A program made the translations under genes and the position numbers. DNA of 60,474 bases, taken from IMG/VR virus record IMGVR_UViG_3300020365_000015, positions 1 through 60,474 of that record; one strand, 5' to 3'. This document shows positions 57,530 to 60,474 of the stretch, one piece after another. The number at the start of each line of letters is the position of its first letter. The stretch's first letter is position 1. The notes below the pieces were generated by a model, which saw only the letters and a program-made list of their open reading frames with translations, made no database searches and had not been told where the DNA came from. This DNA comes from a virus (lineage: Duplodnaviria; Caudoviricetes).

Positions 57530-58563
57530 AAGTAGGAATGATCGGACTCGGACGGATGGGAGAAGGTATGTCCCGCCGTCTTATCGCAGCAGGACACGAA
57601 GTACATGGATATCGCAACAACTATAAAAAAGCTGAAGAGCAATTTGAAGCGGGTTATATCAGTGGATGTACCACTTCTTTGGAAGGTCTTGTTCAAGTAG
57701 TACATGCTGGAACGTCTTTAACTGGAGATGTCCCAGGTGTTTTTATGATGGTAGTACCAGCAGAAACCGTAGAGGACACACTCAATGAGTTATTACAATT
57801 TTGTGTGGAAGGCGATATTATTATTGATCATGGCAATTCCAATTTTAAGGACTCTCGACGCAGGGCAGAAAGGTTGTCTAAGTTGGGCATCCAATATATT
57901 GACTGTGGCACTAGTGGTGGTGTTTACGGTTTGGAGCGTGGATATTGTCTTATGGTTGGTGGTGCAGATCATGCAGTATCCGTCTGCCGTCCTATCTTTG
58001 ACGCACTCAGCCCAGGCATCGATGGTGCCCCCAGGACCGATGACGGAAGCTGGGTCTCACCTGCTGAACGAGGTTGGTTGCGTTGTGGAGGACCTGGCGC
58101 AGGTCATTTTGTAAAGATGGTACACAACGGTGTTGAATACGGCATGATGCAAGCATATGCCGAAGGGTTCAATATTTTACACGAAGCGAACGCAGGTGCC
58201 AAATATGTCAAGGAAGGAGATGCTGAGGTCGCTCCAATGGATTGTCCAGAAGATTATTGCTATGACATTGACGTTGCTGAAGTGGCTGAGTTATGGCGTC
58301 GTGGCAGTGTGGTTGGTTCTTGGTTACTTGATCTTACCGCTACTGTACTACGCAGCGATAGAGAGCTTAGCAAGTTCGATGGTGGAGTATCAGACAGTGG
58401 TGAGGGTCGTTGGACTGTTCACAGTGCTGTGGATCTCGGTATTCCAGCCCCTGTTATTACTACTGCTCTCTTTTCAAGATTTGAATCCAGAAGACTGGGA
58501 AGATTCGCAAACAAAGTCTTAAACGGTATGCGTGCTATGTTTGGTGGTCATGACGTTCGCTGA
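57526..58563 (+). CDS. gnd: 6-phosphogluconate dehydrogenase (short type)
   Basis: GLGRMG, IIDHGNS, GTSGG, GHFVKMVHNGVEY, DSGEGRW, MRAMFGGH. Confidence 0.97.
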   Translation: MKVGMIGLGRMGEGMSRRLIAAGHEVHGYRNNYKKAEEQFEAGYISGCTTSLEGLVQVVHAGTSLTGDVPGVFMMVVPAETVEDTLNELLQFCVEGDIIIDHGNSNFKDSRRRAERLSKLGIQYIDCGTSGGVYGLERGYCLMVGGADHAVSVCRPIFDALSPGIDGAPRTDDGSWVSPAERGWLRCGGPGAGHFVKMVHNGVEYGMMQAYAEGFNILHEANAGAKYVKEGDAEVAPMDCPEDYCYDIDVAEVAELWRRGSVVGSWLLDLTATVLRSDRELSKFDGGVSDSGEGRWTVHSAVDLGIPAPVITTALFSRFESRRLGRFANKVLNGMRAMFGGHDVR

Positions 58564-58681
58564 TGTCCTACTTTGGGGAGCACTACCTTTTGTATGTGCC
58601 ACCATCTATTTCGGGAAACGAAAAGGTGAAAATGTCTACTACGAATCAGATAACTATGACGGAAACGGAACAGCTCACTAA
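58550..58681 (+). CDS. ndhP: NDH-1 complex subunit P homolog (43 aa, not in ORF track)
   Basis: MTFADVLLWGALPFVCATIYFGKRKGENVYYESDNYDGNGTAH*; one TM helix plus the FG...Y-x-S/T-D-x-Y-x-GNG-S/T-AH C-terminal signature of cyanobacterial NdhP. Confidence 0.85.
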   Translation: MTFADVLLWGALPFVCATIYFGKRKGENVYYESDNYDGNGTAH

Positions 58682-59996
58682 AGGGATTGTTATCTTTGGC
58701 GCTACAGGAGATCTGTGCAAGAAGAAACTAATCCCAGCATTACACAAACTGTGGGAGAAAGATCTTCTCCCACCCAACTTTTTAATTACTGGATGTTCTA
58801 GGAGAGATCCTAGTGTACAAGTATGGAAAGAATCTCTTGGAGAATATCCAGAAGAGTTCTTACATCATCTAGATTATGTCTCGGCAGATCTAGACAATAT
58901 CGATAGTCTCTCCAATCTACCAAATTATCTTGACGATAATACGTACTTCTTATCCGTACCGCCAGAACGCTATGAGAATGCTATCATCAATCTCAAAGAA
59001 ACAGGAAAGCTCGACGACCCTGAAAGATCCCGTGTGGTTGTGGAGAAACCCTTTGGGCACGATTTTAAATCTGCTGATCATTTACAGTCAGTGGTGGAGC
59101 GACATCTACGCGAAAAACAGGTCTATCGCATTGACCATTATCTTGGCAAAGATACTGTTAATAACATCCTTGCCACTAGGTTTAGTAATATACTTCTTGA
59201 ACCACTTTGGAACCGCAATTACATAGAAGAGGTCCAAATCTATGCTACCGAAACCATTGGGTGTGAAGGACGTGCTCAATATTATGAAACTGCTGGAGCA
59301 GTTCGCGACATGCTTCAAAACCATATCTTGCAGGTTCTGTCGCTCATTGCTATGGAAGCACCCTGCCGAATGTCAGCAAAAGAAGTCAGACGAGAGAAGA
59401 CAAAAGTCTTAGCTGCAACTAGACTATCAGAGAACATTATTCTTGGACAGTACGATGGCTACCGTAACGAAGAGGGCGTTGATCCTAACAGTGGTACTCC
59501 TACCTATTTTGCTGGGTCTCTATTCGTCGATAACTGGCGTTGGGAGGGAGTTCCTTTTAACGTCATGACTGGCAAGAAACTACCATACCAATGTGTAGAG
59601 GTAGTAATCAAACTCAAAGCACCACCGCTAAAGTTATATGAAGGAGAAGTCAAAGACCGTATCGTCATGCGCTTACAGCCTAATCCTCATCTCGATATCC
59701 GTATGGATATTAAGTCACCTGGGCTCAATGACGACTTGGAGTTGGCAACACTCACCCACGACTATCCACAGGACAGAGCAATAGATGGATATGAAAAACT
59801 TCTATATGACATTATCAACGGGGATCAATCCCACTTTGTTCATGCAGATGAAGTTATGGAGTCATGGAGAATCGTAGACGATCTCCTATGTACTGGTGAT
59901 AGTTGTCCTATTCGTACTGTACCTTATATTTACGTTGGTGGATGGGGTCCACAACATAAGACAGAAAGAATAACTGATTGGGATTATCCAGCATGA
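58656..59996 (+). CDS. zwf: glucose-6-phosphate 1-dehydrogenase
   Basis: IFGATGDL, EKPFG, YRIDHYLGK, RDMLQNH; start placed at ATG 58656 because the upstream part of the track ORF is occupied by ndhP. Confidence 0.97.
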   Translation: MTETEQLTKGIVIFGATGDLCKKKLIPALHKLWEKDLLPPNFLITGCSRRDPSVQVWKESLGEYPEEFLHHLDYVSADLDNIDSLSNLPNYLDDNTYFLSVPPERYENAIINLKETGKLDDPERSRVVVEKPFGHDFKSADHLQSVVERHLREKQVYRIDHYLGKDTVNNILATRFSNILLEPLWNRNYIEEVQIYATETIGCEGRAQYYETAGAVRDMLQNHILQVLSLIAMEAPCRMSAKEVRREKTKVLAATRLSENIILGQYDGYRNEEGVDPNSGTPTYFAGSLFVDNWRWEGVPFNVMTGKKLPYQCVEVVIKLKAPPLKLYEGEVKDRIVMRLQPNPHLDIRMDIKSPGLNDDLELATLTHDYPQDRAIDGYEKLLYDIINGDQSHFVHADEVMESWRIVDDLLCTGDSCPIRTVPYIYVGGWGPQHKTERITDWDYPA

Positions 59997-60148
59997 GTTT
60001 AAACAGACGCCATGGTCCACTCAGTAAAGAAGAAGTGGCAGAACACAGGGAACTACGAAAGAAGTTATACGAACGTATTAGACAACTTCGTATGACTGAG
60101 TATATTGACGACGACGAAGAACCAGAAATTTTCTTGGACGTATCATGA
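59993..60148 (+). CDS. hypothetical protein (51 aa, not in ORF track)
   Basis: MSLNRRHGPLSKEEVAEHRELRKKLYERIRQLRMTEYIDDDEEPEIFLDVS*, ATGA overlaps on both sides. Confidence 0.65.
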   Translation: MSLNRRHGPLSKEEVAEHRELRKKLYERIRQLRMTEYIDDDEEPEIFLDVS

Positions 60149-60324
60149 TATTAGAATTTGCTAGATTCTGTGGAAGAACACTAAACAATCCACTAGCATG
60201 TGGATTCATGGCGTGGTGTTTGGTATTTGTTCCTATCTTAGGAATGTGGGCTGTACATAAATATGGATGGGAACATTGGGAACCTTTTAGTCGTCATGAA
60301 CCTCCTCCTCCGCCCCCTGAATGA
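60145..60324 (+). CDS. small membrane protein (59 aa, not in ORF track)
   Basis: MILEFARFCGRTLNNPLACGFMAWCLVFVPILGMWAVHKYGWEHWEPFSRHEPPPPPPE*. Confidence 0.7.
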   Translation: MILEFARFCGRTLNNPLACGFMAWCLVFVPILGMWAVHKYGWEHWEPFSRHEPPPPPPE

Positions 60325-60457
60325 TATTAATGACCCCGTTTGGAGTGTGATCTTCTCGATCATGTTGCTCCTGGCGGGGGTTTTTTATGTCGTCTCCTAT
60401 ATACTAGGAATTGACGAGAGAGAATCTCATGGGCAAGATGACACCCCCAAGTCGTAA
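60296..60457 (+). CDS. small membrane protein
   Basis: ATG 60296; MNLLLRPLNDINDPVWSVIFSIMLLLAGVFYVVSYILG, one TM helix. Confidence 0.7.
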   Translation: MNLLLRPLNDINDPVWSVIFSIMLLLAGVFYVVSYILGIDERESHGQDDTPKS

Positions 60458-60474
60458 GAGTTGTTACAACTTTC
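60429..60474 (+). CDS. 5' end of probable thermonuclease-like endonuclease (partial)
   Basis: MGKMTPPSRKSCYNF matches, from memory, the N-terminus of a conserved cyanophage nuclease; only 15 codons visible. Confidence 0.5.
   Translation, partial: MGKMTPPSRKSCYNF

Noticed and set aside
58563-58655. N-terminal extension of zwf in the ORF track
   Set aside because: The region is better explained by ndhP in another frame; the G6PD Rossmann motif begins shortly after ATG 58656.
146-59324. Numerous minus-strand ORFs of 60-204 aa in the track
   Set aside because: All are antisense shadows of well-tiled plus-strand genes, with no motifs, RBS or promoter support.
60301-60318. Hexa-proline tail as an EF-P-dependent stalling signal
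   Set aside because: It falls in the overlap with the next gene's NLLLRPL codons and is probably a by-product of that frame.

Overview
Segment of a T4-like marine cyanomyovirus genome (Synechococcus/Prochlorococcus-type phage), with essentially all genes on the + strand. Three zones. (1) About 1-6.4 kb is an early/accessory region of small unknown ORFs, with one canonical sigma70 promoter and seven copies of an unusual promoter element (8-bp arm-N8-8-bp arm inverted repeat 28-30 nt upstream of a -10 box). (2) About 6.5-55.8 kb is the late virion module: PAAR gp5.4, 2OG-Fe(II) oxygenase, gp25, gp6, giant gp7, gp8, a VrlC-like protein, large fibre proteins, three paralogous Gly-rich tip proteins alternating with two small paralogous partners, and gp13-gp16, punctuated by T4 late promoters (C/A)TAAATA. 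(3) About 55.8-60.5 kb is the auxiliary-metabolic island after g16: petE, PTOX, gnd, an ndhP missed by the ORF track, zwf, small membrane proteins and the start of a probable nuclease. The most notable observations are a candidate -1 programmed frameshift (in-frame A_AAA_AAG) just upstream of petE, the seven-copy operator/promoter array, the triple adhesin cassette with identical DNA blocks, a nested domain architecture in the long fibre, and hairpins overlapping late promoters. All product calls come from motif recognition by eye; no searches were run. No tRNA, rRNA, CRISPR array or mobile element was recognised.
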